This document shows, piece by piece, positions 1-12,369 of a stretch of 64,000 nt of DNA. The translations under genes were made by a program, and so were the position numbers. The DNA lies in assembly GCF_001194135.2 (NCBI RefSeq), contig NC_068986.1, forward strand, positions 110,974,135 to 111,038,134. Reading direction: 5' to 3'. The notes under the pieces were generated by a model that saw only the letters and a list, made by a program, of their open reading frames with translations, was not told the origin of the DNA and did no database searches. Source of the stretch: Octopus bimaculoides (lineage: Eukaryota). Each line of letters begins with the position of its first letter. Position 1 is the stretch's first letter.

Positions 1-19
1 TGTCTCTCATATATATATA

Positions 20-54
<35 letters not shown>

Positions 55-56
<2 letters not shown>

Positions 57-281
57 CTTATTTTATCAGTGTATTTTGCCAAATCACTGAGTTTCAGGGA
101 CGTAAATACACCGACATCGGTTGGCAAGCGATGGTGCGAGAACAAACACAAAGATACACACACACACATATGTGTATGTGTGTGTGCGTAATAACAATAT
201 AATTATATATGCATATATCCACACATATATGTACATACCGACATTTATATGTATACATACATGCATATGTGTACAAGACAT

Positions 282-320
<39 letters not shown>

Positions 321-432
321 GTGTGTGTATGTATATATATATAAATATATACGACAAACATCTTTCAGTGCCCGTCTATCAAATCCACTCACAAGGCTTT
401 GGTTGACTAGAGGCAATACTGGAAGGCACATG
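55..432 (-). mobile_element. tRNA-derived SINE, family B, degenerate copy with internal (CA)/(TA) microsatellite
   Basis: Same blocks as the 22163-22614 copy: TTTTGCCAAATCACT..GTAAATACACC..GGTTGGCAAGCGATG (75-133), microsatellite, then TCTTTCAGT..GTCTATCAAATCCACTCACAAGGCTTTGGT (361-403). Confidence 0.8.
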
Positions 433-438
433 ATGTTC

Positions 439-469
<31 letters not shown>

Positions 470-1096
470 GCTGGCGCTCTAAGAACGAAAATAAAATAGT
501 GTTTTAAAGGAAATGGTATAGAATAAATGTGTCGGACAAAGCCTTTTGTCTAAGAACCCGAATAAATTTAGGAAAGCGGAGAGAAAAATAATGAAGATGA
601 GATAAGAGAAGAGATCGATCTTAGCGATCTCTTACTATTTTGGTCTTTTTCTCTCTATATATAAATATAAATGTGTATATGAATATATAAGTATGCGTGT
701 ATGTGCGTGGGTATCTGTGTGTATGTGATTAATGTATTCCGTAGCGTATGATGCACGTTGTTAAACTGAAGAGATAAAAAGATGAAAATATAAATCGTAA
801 GTCATAAAATGTGGAATGCTTGAAATTATTTTAGCTACTATTTTAACAATTATGCAATAAAGTATGTATATCATTATTAGAAAAAAAATTCATGAGAATT
901 TAGAAACAAATTCCAGTAATGGAAGGAAGTTCATCAAACAAGCAAAATACATGAATCATATGTGAAAATATTTGAAGTCGGTAACAGATTTGAACTGCTG
1001 GAAGCTTTCGCTTGTATCGAAATCTGTCCCATTGAGAAGTAATAGTTTTGCTTAATGTTATTCGTGCCATATTTCATCATATCTTTTATAAGAATA

Positions 1097-1480
1097 CAGT
1101 ATAATCTCGCAGTACGAGTGACCCATTATACGAGTAATTTGCTGTACCAGCCAAGACTCGTGCGAAATTTTGTCTTGAATTACGAGCGGAAATAAGCAGT
1201 ACGAGCACACAAATCGTCCAATCTTCAAGGTCATTCACTTAATAGAACCAGTTTACGTATTTCTTTTGCATCTTCTTTTTAATATATATACAGTTGTGAT
1301 TTTACTTGTAACTACAACGTTTCTGTTATAAACCCATATTTTTGAGTGATTTTGTGGGGCTGGAAAGGATTAATTATATTTTAATTAATTTCAATGGGAA
1401 ACATTGAATTGTAAAACGGGTAAATCGTAAGCCGAGCTCGGTCATGGAATGAATTAAACTCGTACTGAGAGTTATCACTG
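1097..1480. mobile_element. Non-autonomous Tigger/pogo-like DNA transposon (MITE), about 384 bp
   Basis: Imperfect TIRs CAGTATAATCTCGCAGTACGAG (from 1097) and CTCGTACTGAGAGTTATCACTG (to 1480). TA lies immediately outside both ends (1095-96, 1481-82), the Tc1/mariner/pogo target duplication. No ORF. Confidence 0.75.
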
Positions 1481-2769
1481 TACTTTTATTTGAAGGCTTA
1501 CGATAAGTTTTCCCCCCCAATCAGCTATACAGTACATTGTATCCTTTCCTCAGACAAGCTGTGGGGAATTCTTTCTCATACACTACAATTCGAAAACTGA
1601 AATTTGAAATCCCTTAAGGCAGAAAATGCGTGAAGTCTATATTCATAAATTTGTGCAAATCTTGCATCTACGAAATCGACGATATTTATCTGGAGTGACA
1701 CCGAAAACAACGAATTTCTTCCACGTTCCTTATTTGTGTTATTTAAAAAAAAAATCTTAATTGTTAGTCCAAAATCTAAGTATGTGAAATTTCTAGCGCA
1801 TATTCTGAATAATTGTCAGGGAAAATATGCAAACGCATATATAATGTATTTTGGTGTACCGTGAAAATCAGCCTTACTTGTTCCCTCATGAACAATTTGA
1901 AGCTGATACGGGATTCGCAGCGTTTGTATTGTCAGCAAAAATGTTCTTCAAAGTTTGTGCATATTAGAACCGCTGTCCAACGCCGCTTCCATTCATCGAC
2001 GTATCTAAGCCTACATCCTCGCACTCACAATATTTGGGACGGTCCTGGGTGTACAGACAGCTCATCTATTAGGTCCAGTCGGAAGGAAAACTTATTGGAC
2101 TTTCCAGTTAGATTCTCGGACGTGACCAACTAAGACCATGGATATTATCCAACCAACTTGTACTTGATCTAATCTTAGGCATACTGTCGGGATATTTATT
2201 GTAAATTTGAATGAAAATATATGGTATTTACAATACATTTTTACAAGTTACTAAATCTAAAATACATTCGCCTTTTTGCGTCCTGCAAATATAGTAATCT
2301 TTCTGAGCATTTCAAATAATATGCCCACTATATCAGAGCTTGTCTCCATTAAAAATTACATATGTGCAGATCTCAAATAACTGTTCAATTCAAAACCTAT
2401 GATAGACATCGCCAAATTAAGGAAAAACATGTCGAATAATGCGCAGACTAGTATATAAGTCCTATTCTGAATACCAAAACATGTAACATACGGAAGATTG
2501 TATTGTTCAAATGGCTTCGCTGACACTTCTATTTTACCATGACTTCTTCGACATGAAAAGCTTCAAAATAATACTAGAAATACGACTCTTGTCTCCCTTT
2601 AATACACCATCAAATACATCAAACTAAAATGCAAGGCCTTATTCATGAAGCATTTGATCGACTGCTTCTGAAAGAGAGATGTGTTCCTCGTGACCAGAAT
2701 GCAGATTATCACAGGTCTCCTTCGCCAGAACAAATTAAGGGTTAAGGAATATATAATTTAGCGTTTTCA

Positions 2770-2805
<36 letters not shown>

Positions 2806-3667
2806 GGTTTCATATGAATTAATAATTAATAAAATATGTCTTTATATAAGCACATGTGTGTTTGTCCGTCCGTACATACCTGTATGTCAGTAAATATGTA
2901 TGTACGTATATTAGAATTCTATTTTCATACGCCACATTTTCGTGATATATTTCTACCGTAGAAAAGAATATTTTGGTAGAAAAAGTGTAGCAAAAATATA
3001 AGATATTCATAAGATAAAGCAGAACTATATATATGATTTTATCTGTGATATAACCGCCATTTTCTCAGATATAAAACAAGTACCTGCCGAATTCAATACA
3101 AAAAACTTTCTCTTTTTTTTTCACAGAACGTGAACAAATTTAAATTGATGTTATCTACATAAAACTGATGTTACTACTACTACTACTACTACTCTATACT
3201 GTAATTTATTCTGTCAACATGAACTCGCATATCTTTCATTGTACTTCTATCGCAGCTCTTGTAATATAATAAAGACATACAAACTGCAATGTACATATAG
3301 TGTACACACACACACATATATATATGTATTTGAAATTGTATATCTATCTATCTATCTCTCTCTCTATATATACATATACACACACAATGGTATACACGCA
3401 CACTTGCATACGTGATTTTCATTCATGTATTCTTGTAATGTGTCAGCCGCTGAACTGCGGCCATACTGGACCACCACCTACATTCTATCACTTTTGTTGT
3501 CGATTTATGTATGGAAAGCGGTCTACAATTGAATTTGTTGCAGTTTATCATCCGTGTGTCCTTAAATGTTTGGCAGCACTGGTGGGACTTTATACAATGT
3601 TTTTTTGTACGTTTGAGCAGAGGTCCTCTTCTATAATTCTCATTTTTTATGTAGCAAGTAGAACACT

Positions 3668-3880
3668 TTTGAACCTCAATTTCACGAGGGGTGGAGAGGG
3701 GTACTTAAACGTCTAATGATCGGCGCTAAAGCAACGACTTTCAGTGATGTGGAACAGAGCATCATAAACGCGTGGCAAGATATTACTCCGGAGTTGTGCA
3801 CAAAGGTAAGTGATTCAGACGTTAAACAATTTTACAAATATGTTGCAAATAATGTTTTACATTCTGAACATTTGCTGTAA
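3668..3880 (+). mobile_element. Tc1/mariner-superfamily transposase C-terminal remnant
   Basis: Frame from 3692 reads WRGVLKRLMIGAKATTFSDVEQSIINAWQDITPELCTKVSDSDVKQFYKYVANNVLHSEHLL*. This resembles the Tc1-type end (W..LK..V....TL..L...I..AW..I..E.C.K..........NGGHFEHLL*). Confidence 0.6.
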
Positions 3881-3994
3881 TATTATGTAATAAGACATTC
3901 TGTTTCATTTCTTTGTAACCTTTAACAATATATAAGATTGGGTTACTTCTGGGCCGCTCATTATATATATTATATTATATTATATTATATATAT

Positions 3995-4150
3995 GAACGA
4001 CATCTTTCAATTTCTGTCTACCAAATCCATTCATAAGGATTTGGTCCGCCTGAGATTGTAGTAGAAGACATCTGCCCAAGATGACACGGTCTGGGACAGA
4101 ACCCAGAACCATGTGGTTGTGTATGGAGCTTCTTATCACACTGCCACGCC
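3995..4150 (-). mobile_element. SINE family B, 5' tRNA-derived head fragment
   Basis: CTTTCAATTTCTGTCTACCAAATCCATTCATAAGG..GTAGTAGAAGACA..GAACCCAGAACCATGTGGTTG..CACACTGCCAC aligns with 22450-22614. Confidence 0.8.
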
Positions 4151-4155
4151 TATAT

Positions 4156-4208
<53 letters not shown>

Positions 4209-4350
4209 TGTATATGAGTTAATAGAGAAACGGAAGAAAGTGCCACCCTACATACTTGGAAAGATTTACATACATTAATCAATTGATTGATAATAGTTTG
4301 ACGCAGCTGCGTACAGCTTAGCATTTTGAAGGCTCGGGTTGAAACAATTG

Positions 4351-4406
<56 letters not shown>

Positions 4407-4444
4407 CATCTGAGAGATAGAGAGAGAAGGAGAGGGTGAGTGGA

Positions 4445-4475
<31 letters not shown>

Positions 4476-4486
4476 TTTAAAATTCC

Positions 4487-4629
4487 GGCACAAGGCCAGA
4501 AAATTTGGGGACGAAATGATGAAAGGCAGAGTTGACCTCGGCGGAATTTGGAGTCATAACGTAAGGAAGGACGAAATGCCGCTAAGCAATTTTCCCGGTG
4601 CGGTACGACTTCTGCCAGCTCACCGCCTA
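4487..4629 (-). mobile_element. SINE family A, internally deleted copy
   Basis: GATGAAAGGCAGAGTTGACCTCGGCGGAATTTG..GACGAAATGCCGCTAAGCA..TCTGCCAGCTCACCGCCT matches the 40478-40708 copy. Confidence 0.8.
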
Positions 4630-5140
4630 ATGTAAATATACAGATATAGGCATGTGTTTGTATGAGAATAATCTGTGAATAGATAAATCCAGTAAAAACG
4701 GCAAATGTATCTGTATAAGAATGATATATTTATTGCCAATGAATTCATCTACTTTTGTCTTTCAGTAGGCAGATGTTGTATGGAACAAACACCATGCTTG
4801 GTTCCATATAATCAACTAAACCCCAAGAGAGAGGAACTACCGCAAGGCGCCATTTTAATGACTGAAAACAGAAGAAATATAAATATACATTGTATTTAGT
4901 GCAGATTACGTCTTTCTGATTTAGCGATAATACACAAAGTACAATAAAGCTGATAACTGATCACTTTAGTACCAGGGTCTGCTGTATGTAAAGAACATGG
5001 CCAACAGCGTCTGTCTCCGAATTGAAAAACTACAAAGATTAGCACAAAACGATGAATCAGTTATCTACATTTGTAAACGAGAACTCAAACACGCACACAC
5101 ACACACACACACAGAGGCACGTGAGTATGTGTATACTAAA

Positions 5141-5176
<36 letters not shown>

Positions 5177-5217
5177 AGTAAATGTTGGGGTTTATTATTA
5201 TTTTTTTTCTTTTCCTA

Positions 5218-5484
5218 NNNNNNNNNNNNNNNNNNNNNNNNNNNNNNNNNNNNNNNNNNNNNNNNNNNNNNNNNNNNNNNNNNNNNNNNNNNNNNNNNNN
5301 NNNNNNNNNNNNNNNNNNNNNNNNNNNNNNNNNNNNNNNNNNNNNNNNNNNNNNNNNNNNNNNNNNNNNNNNNNNNNNNNNNNNNNNNNNNNNNNNNNNN
5401 NNNNNNNNNNNNNNNNNNNNNNNNNNNNNNNNNNNNNNNNNNNNNNNNNNNNNNNNNNNNNNNNNNNNNNNNNNNNNNNNNNNN
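5218..5484. other. Assembly gap (other gaps: 27753-28707, 36072-36262, 51991-52906, 57970-57979, 63144-63476)
   Basis: Runs of N, mostly bordered by microsatellites. Confidence 1.
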
Positions 5485-5985
5485 TATATATATATATTAC
5501 TACTACTACTACTACTACTACTACTACAATAATACTATTTTCCAGTGCAACAACACACTGTAAAGTTAGAATTATAAATAAAAAATAGTTGCACAACAAC
5601 GTACCAATTTTTACTGGAAATAGCAGTCGGTAACCGTGGAGGTTCACTGAATATATATAGAGGAAAAGATGTCTGCAAATGGCGTATAGAGAAATAAATT
5701 TATCAAACCTTTAGGAAGAACTTCTTCACTGATCTCGCTTTTGTTTATGGATGGAGGACCAATGTTTTACGATAAAAACTTATTCAGAAAATCCTAAACT
5801 CGAGTACTAAGTTGTCTATTTCTCTGGCGTTCTTCCAAGAGGTAAGATGATTTCTTTTTTTATATTCGCCATCCGCACACATCCTTGTCTCTATATATTC
5901 AGCGTAGGTTTACTTCTCGTCGAACGGTTACCGACAGCTATTTCCATAAAAAAATGTTACCTAGTTGTGCCACTCTTTCCAATTT

Positions 5986-6024
<39 letters not shown>

Positions 6025-7109
6025 GTGTGTGTGTGTGTGTGTACATGTTTGTGGTGGTGGATATGTATGTGTAGACATATGTATTTATACAGCATAGTGT
6101 TTGCAAAAACAGGTCGTCTTTCTGCTGTTTGAAGCGAAGAGAAACAGCGGTACTCATACGACATTTCAGGGCCTTCGTGACTGCTACAAATGTGTTTCTA
6201 CACAATATCCTTTAAACAGTAATTTTGTCTCAATTTTTACCACAATGCAGATTCCACTGAAGTTGCCCAATTACCTGATGAAGGTGTTCAAAAGACTGAA
6301 GAATTATGTCTAAAATTCCTATGAAAACCTATTGAATTTGTGAAGGTTATTTCTACGGAACTTATAGCCAGCACTGCTGCTTGCTACAATGTTTCGTATC
6401 AAGACGTCAGATGTAAACAGACAAATTGATCGAACATATTTCGGGGATCATTGCCCCTCCTTCAGCACTCACCTAACCCACTATTGCCCCCGAATACATC
6501 GGTTATATATCCACCGCATACAGTAGTGTTAAGTTATTGGATATACCAATATATATATTAGACGTATTCCTAGAGCTGGTATGTAAACATTGTAGTTACT
6601 TCCTTATGCCAACACAGTATACTATACACGCAATATTCTACATATCATATAGTATATTGCATTTGCATAACGAAGTACCACGTACCTACATATCATTAAC
6701 TATACAATTTGTGACCTGAATACTTAGAACTGGAAGAAATACAAGGCATTGCATCAGACGGTTTGGTAACAGTGTTAGTCCAACACAGTCATTATTTTCT
6801 TTATTAAATCCTTCCCAGAAGAACGAGAGTGAAAGATGACCTGACAGGGGTTCATATCATATCCGGAGTGTGGCAAATTAATATGTTCGCAATATAAAGA
6901 AATATATATTTAATCCAGGCGTTGAAATCAAAATACCAATCGATATAAATGGTGTGAGAAATGTTGCCCCAAATTTAGTGAAATTAAAATAATGTTCTCC
7001 AGAGTAGTTCATCCAGACAACCACAAAACCCTGTCTCTCTATTTCGATCATGTCAGATATTATTAGTGTAGCATGTCTAATCACTCATAACCAACTAGGG
7101 AGCAATGCT

Positions 7110-7161
<52 letters not shown>

Positions 7162-9091
7162 AATGTGTCTGTGTATGCATATGTGTGTGTGTGTGTGTGC
7201 GTGTGCTTTCAAAGATCCCACTCTCTACGTCCAGAGTAAGGACACAATACTGTAACAGCTATTTCAAACGAACACAATTTGTCAAAACCTTCAAGAAGGT
7301 CCTCACAGATTTACGTGGTGTAGATAGTGATGGCTTCAAAGAACAATAAGACATTTTTTATATCTATTATAACAGATAAACCCACATTACGACAGTGTTG
7401 TCAAAACAAGATAACTCTCTCCAACTCGCTACAATCCACGTCTGAGGGCCCGATTGTAAGTCTATTTTTACTTTTTATAAGACACTAGCCCGATAACGCC
7501 ATATTCTCTGGTTGCAACTGATGATAGAATATGTAAACGAAGTTAACACCAAAGATATATTTACGCTGGTTATGTTTATTTAGACTAGATAAAATACATG
7601 GTAATAATGTGGAACATGGTATGTAGAGAGAATGGAAGTCACATGTACATTACAGAATTTGCAACAAATAAACATATCATTCCGTTAAAATCATCCATTT
7701 AATTTCAGGAACAATTTACCGTTTAGTAGCGTTCAAATTCATAATGGAATGGTTCTGTAATGTGAAGAATTGTACCCTTAGTTCCCACACTAAAGCCACA
7801 CGCTGTACATATATTTTAGAATCTAGTACAAATCAGTACATTACAAAAACACACACACACATACATACAGACACAAACACCAGCCGAAACTGCTAAGATG
7901 ATCTGGAACTCGACTGAGGAAACAAAACTCCGAATGACTCGTCCTTGTTTTTTCTTGTCCCTTTTTGTATCCCCTAATTGTTTGGATGCTTTGTTGTCGC
8001 CAGTTGAGTCCTTGCCCACATTTTTGTACTCTTTAAATATATATATATATATATATATGCACAGACGTATATATAAATATATATGTATACTTACGTACAT
8101 AACATTCATATGAATGTAAAAACTTACTGTTGGCAAGGGCTGCGTGATATGATAAAATATACTTTACAATTTGTCCTGGCCGTACGACCTTCAGTATCTG
8201 TCTTGCTTCATTGTTTTCTTCCGTATGTCCACTCTGGTGTCTTTCGATCATTTGAAGCCCTGACCTTCCACAAATTTAATATTTTAAAAATTTGTGGATG
8301 CTGCTGTTTTATGAAGTTTTCGCGTGTTGTTAAAAGCACGAAGCACAGAGTAATATCACAGCTGACAACTGAAGAGGGGTTAGGTTTATCCCGTACGTAT
8401 CACTCGTTGTGTGTTTACGTATTTTCACTCGGTGGTGATGTCCTCTTCTTAATGCATATATTTTCATCTATTTTATATATATATATATATATATACTCAC
8501 ACAAACTCAGGCATGCACACACGAATATATATGTACATACATATATATATATATCTATATACCTCACTCATTACATATTTACCTATATCTAATTTTCGCT
8601 AACGATGAAGCCATATATTTTACATCGAAATCGATTTGCTAATATGGTTAAAAAAATAATGAAAAATAGAATAATTATAATATAAATAACAATGATAGTG
8701 ATAATCATATTAAAAATATTCAAAAATAAAGATAATATTAATATGAATAGCAACAACAAGAATAATGGATAATGTTCCATAATTCAGACGAGCTCAACTC
8801 CTTGCTCTGATTTCCATAGTCAAAAGACATTAACGTTGTTATTGGTGCCACAAAATACTGGTAAATATTCTTTAGTATTTTGAGTTAGGTTGGAGAATAC
8901 AGTTGGACATTCCTACATTTTTCACCACTCCCACTCGCATGGTTTTTATACTTAATCTCTCTCTATATATTTTCTTCCTCTCTCTCTCTCCCTACCTACG
9001 TATGTCTCACATTCACGCTTCTCTCTATACCTCTTTCTCGCCTTTAATGTTCCCTCCTTCATATTTCTATCTGTCTCATTCTCTCTTACAG

Positions 9092-9126
<35 letters not shown>

Positions 9127-9133
9127 CGTTTTT

Positions 9134-9271
9134 AACCTATATCTGTATTTTATATTGATTGCTTATATACATTATAGATACATATAGACAATATATCGAC
9201 TACATATAACATATATGCCTCCGCGCGTATGTATGGAGGCAGTGTGTGTGTGCGTGTGTGTATCTGCATAA

Positions 9272-9321
<50 letters not shown>

Positions 9322-9616
9322 TATATATACATATATATACACACACATATATATACATATATATACACACATATATATATACATATATATACACACATAT
9401 ATATACATATATATACACACACATATATATATATATATATACACAGACACATATATATATATATACACAGACACACGTACATATATACACGCACATATAT
9501 ATAAATACCAACATACATACATACATAGTATATGCAGACACATATATAGTCGATATGGTGTCTATATAGTATCTATAATGTATATAAGTAATCAATATAA
9601 AATACCGATATACGTT
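9134..9616. repeat. Foldback element: ~75-bp inverted arms (9134-9208, 9542-9616) around a (TA/CA) microsatellite spacer
   Basis: Left arm AACCTATATCTGTATTTTATATTGATTGCTTATATACATTATAGATACATATAGACAATATATCGACTA. Reverse complement of right arm AACGTATATCGGTATTTTATATTGATTACTTATATACATTATAGATACTATATAGACACCATATCGACTA. Confidence 0.85.
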
Positions 9617-9942
9617 GCCGGAGCAACAGTTTGTTCTCGTGAACATAAATAAAATAACGTAATATATTTGATGGGTTTCTAAGATGAACATTTTCTTTTT
9701 ATCTTTTCCTTTGTTTTGTTTCGTTATGGAAGGAGGAAGGGTGGAAAGTAATGGGTTGAAGTAAGAGGAATGGAGTGGATAGGGAGGGGGAAACTCACTT
9801 ATATCTAGATTAATGTCTTGGAAGATGTTTCCCACCAACCTATCAGATTATAACATCAACAGGACTGTCTTGCAGTAAGGATAGAATATTCACGTACACA
9901 CCCGCTCACAGTATTGTCTATGTGTATCTACACACATGTGCG

Positions 9943-9977
<35 letters not shown>

Positions 9978-11675
9978 CCATACACACACCCATACACACA
10001 CACACATACACACACACTCACACACACATATATATACGTGCGTATGTCTGCGTATCATGTTATATCTCTGTTGTTGCATCTGTTTATCTGTTTATCTCTC
10101 TATGTATCTGTGTAACGTTTTCTTTCTGTAGCTCTCCCATCTCTCATATATACATACATACACACACACATATACTTATGTATGTGTATACCTATCTATG
10201 TGTGAGCTTATGTGCATTTCCTCACTCCGTATGTACAGTGTGCGTTAAATTTGATGTGATTTTATCGACAGTTGTAATGATAAGAATTTAATTTTGTTGT
10301 TTTCATCAAAGAATGTCACTGTGACCTGAAACTCTCGAGAAGAAAGAACGAAAACTATTAGCGAAGAAGACTGTTGCATTGTTTGAGTGATATTAATGTC
10401 TTACTTTAAATATACACTGTCTCTTCATTTACACTATCTTAAGCTTCTAAACAAGAAGGGATGTACCACTACTTGGCCAAACATCTTCTCAGAAAAGACG
10501 AAATCAGAAACGTATTGCTTCGCTCTGTCATAAATACGGGTCGAACATATTGGATAATGTCCCTGAAACATTGTGCTCGGGAATAGATAGGGCCGTGATA
10601 CTTGTTATGAATTTGATTAGGTTCCCTTTTCTAAATTTCATGGGTCTCGCTACGAAAAAAAAAAAAAGATTAAGAAAAGAAACAAGCACATTAACAAAAG
10701 GAAGAGTGAGAATGACAAAATGTATAACTAGTCTACAATCTTGATCGCAAAATGACGGCGAGCCTTCAGTAATTCTTTAAGGTACTCGTTTGGATGCGAT
10801 ATGTAATACACACCCTCTTGTCAGTTCCATTCCTCATGAGACACACAGCAAAAAGACAGGATATTACCATCACACGGTTACTGTAAAATGCACTTGCTTC
10901 CGAGACGTCTATATTACCGCAGAATAGATTGGAATATGAAATGAAGCCTCTGACTTAAGGAATGAACGCTTAACTTCGAACAGAAATTGAACCGTACATC
11001 TTATATGTGCCAGCTTTCTAACCAATGCTGTCTTCTGCCTTTACCACAACAACAACAACTACTGCAGCAACAACAAAACTACTTTTGATTAAAGACACAC
11101 AATGGGTAATCAATGGATAATAGTGATATACCTGTAATATACCAAGGTTAATTGTATCAAACCATGTTTCTTCTATGGCGATTAAAGGGCTGTAATTGTG
11201 TAACTCTTGGTTCATCCAATTTGTTGTTTTCTTAAATGATGTTGGAAGGCTTGAAACCGCACAATTCTAATTTCTTACTAACAAAATTATAGAAGAGGTC
11301 AAAGTATGTATATGTTTCCGTAGATGTATCTATTTGTATACAAGTTTGAACAAATGAATAGAGGTAGCACTCAATGTAATTATTTGGAGTTATATATATC
11401 GAGTATCGTTTTAACAAAACCTTTCATGTTAAAATTTTCGAGAACATTCCTCAGACATTTCTTGATATCTATAATCTAAGAGGCTGCATAAACCTTTTTG
11501 CACTTTCCGAAAAAATTATTCGAATAATCAAGAGGTTCGTATTCTGCTTGAAATGCACAGGAAATTGGCCTCAAGAAACTATATGTGGATATCTTGTTTA
11601 TGATATGCAGAAGATATAACGATGTTGCTAACTAGGAAAATAAATGGGGAAGGACAGCAAAAGTAAAGGCAATAT

Positions 11676-11893
11676 GTTCTTTTCTACTCTAAGCACAAGG
11701 CCCGGAATTTTAGAGGATTGGGCCAGTCGATTAGATCGACCCCAGCACGCAACCGGTACTTAATTTATCGACTCCGAAAGTATAAAAGGCAAAGTTAACC
11801 TCAGCGGAACTTGAACTCAGAACATAAAGATAGACGATATACCGCTAATCATTTCGCCCGACGTGCCAACGATTCCGCCAGATCACCGCATTT
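11676..11893 (-). mobile_element. SINE family A (tail type 2), full length, imperfect 12-bp TSD
   Basis: Body GTCGATTAGATCGAC..GGTACTTAATTTATCGAC..AAAGGCAAAGTTAACCTCAGCGGAACTTGAACTCAG. Flanks TAAAGGCAATAT (11664-75) and TAAGGGCAATAT (11894-905). Confidence 0.85.
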
Positions 11894-12023
11894 TAAGGGC
11901 AATATATTGTTGGTGGTCCAAAGCGTGGCATAATAAACTTATATTTTTGTATACATAAATATGAATTAAATTTAAGGAAGATTATACAATAAATTGGATA
12001 TTACTTGTATCGTAAGGAGGAGA

Positions 12024-12177
12024 ACTGGCTGAATAGTCCTCACGCCGGCTGAAATGCTTAGTGGCACTTTCTCTGTTTGGACGTTCTGAGTTCAAATTCC
12101 ACGTAGATCGACATTACTTTTCATCCTGTCAGGACCGAAAAAATAAGTACCAGTTGAACATTGAGCTTCATAATTCC
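12024..12177 (+). mobile_element. SINE family A, degenerate, lacking its tail
   Basis: AAGGAGGAGAACTGGC..GAAATGCTTAGTGGC..ACGTTCTGAGTTCAAATTCC..TTTCATCC..AATAAGTACCAGTTG. Confidence 0.75.
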
Positions 12178-12369
12178 CAAAATTTGTTGGTATTGTGGCG
12201 AAAATTTCATAGAAATATTACTTGTGTGGTCTACAAATATTCAATCTGTCCACGTTGTCTTTGATTCACTCCGTTTTGTTAGGAACGGGAACCACAGAGC
12301 TGATGAATGTCTTTCACAAAACGAGGAAACCAAGCGAAATATCTCGTTTATATTCAGTTAATATTTGAT

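Noticed and set aside
1813-2745. Possible DNA transposon remnant: minus frame FRLDLIDEL..RRWTAVLIC..C*QYKRC (piggyBac-like), AGGGTTAA at ~2738-2745, and plus frame FPVRFSDVTN (Tc1 WPxRSPDL-like)
   Set aside because: The two readings conflict, both are weak and no matching second terminus was found. A profile search is needed.
7911-7946. Other CTGANGA occurrences (7914, 12300, 38339 minus, 45356, 46282 minus, 50805) as hammerheads
   Set aside because: They lack a correctly placed GAAA or compatible stems I/II.
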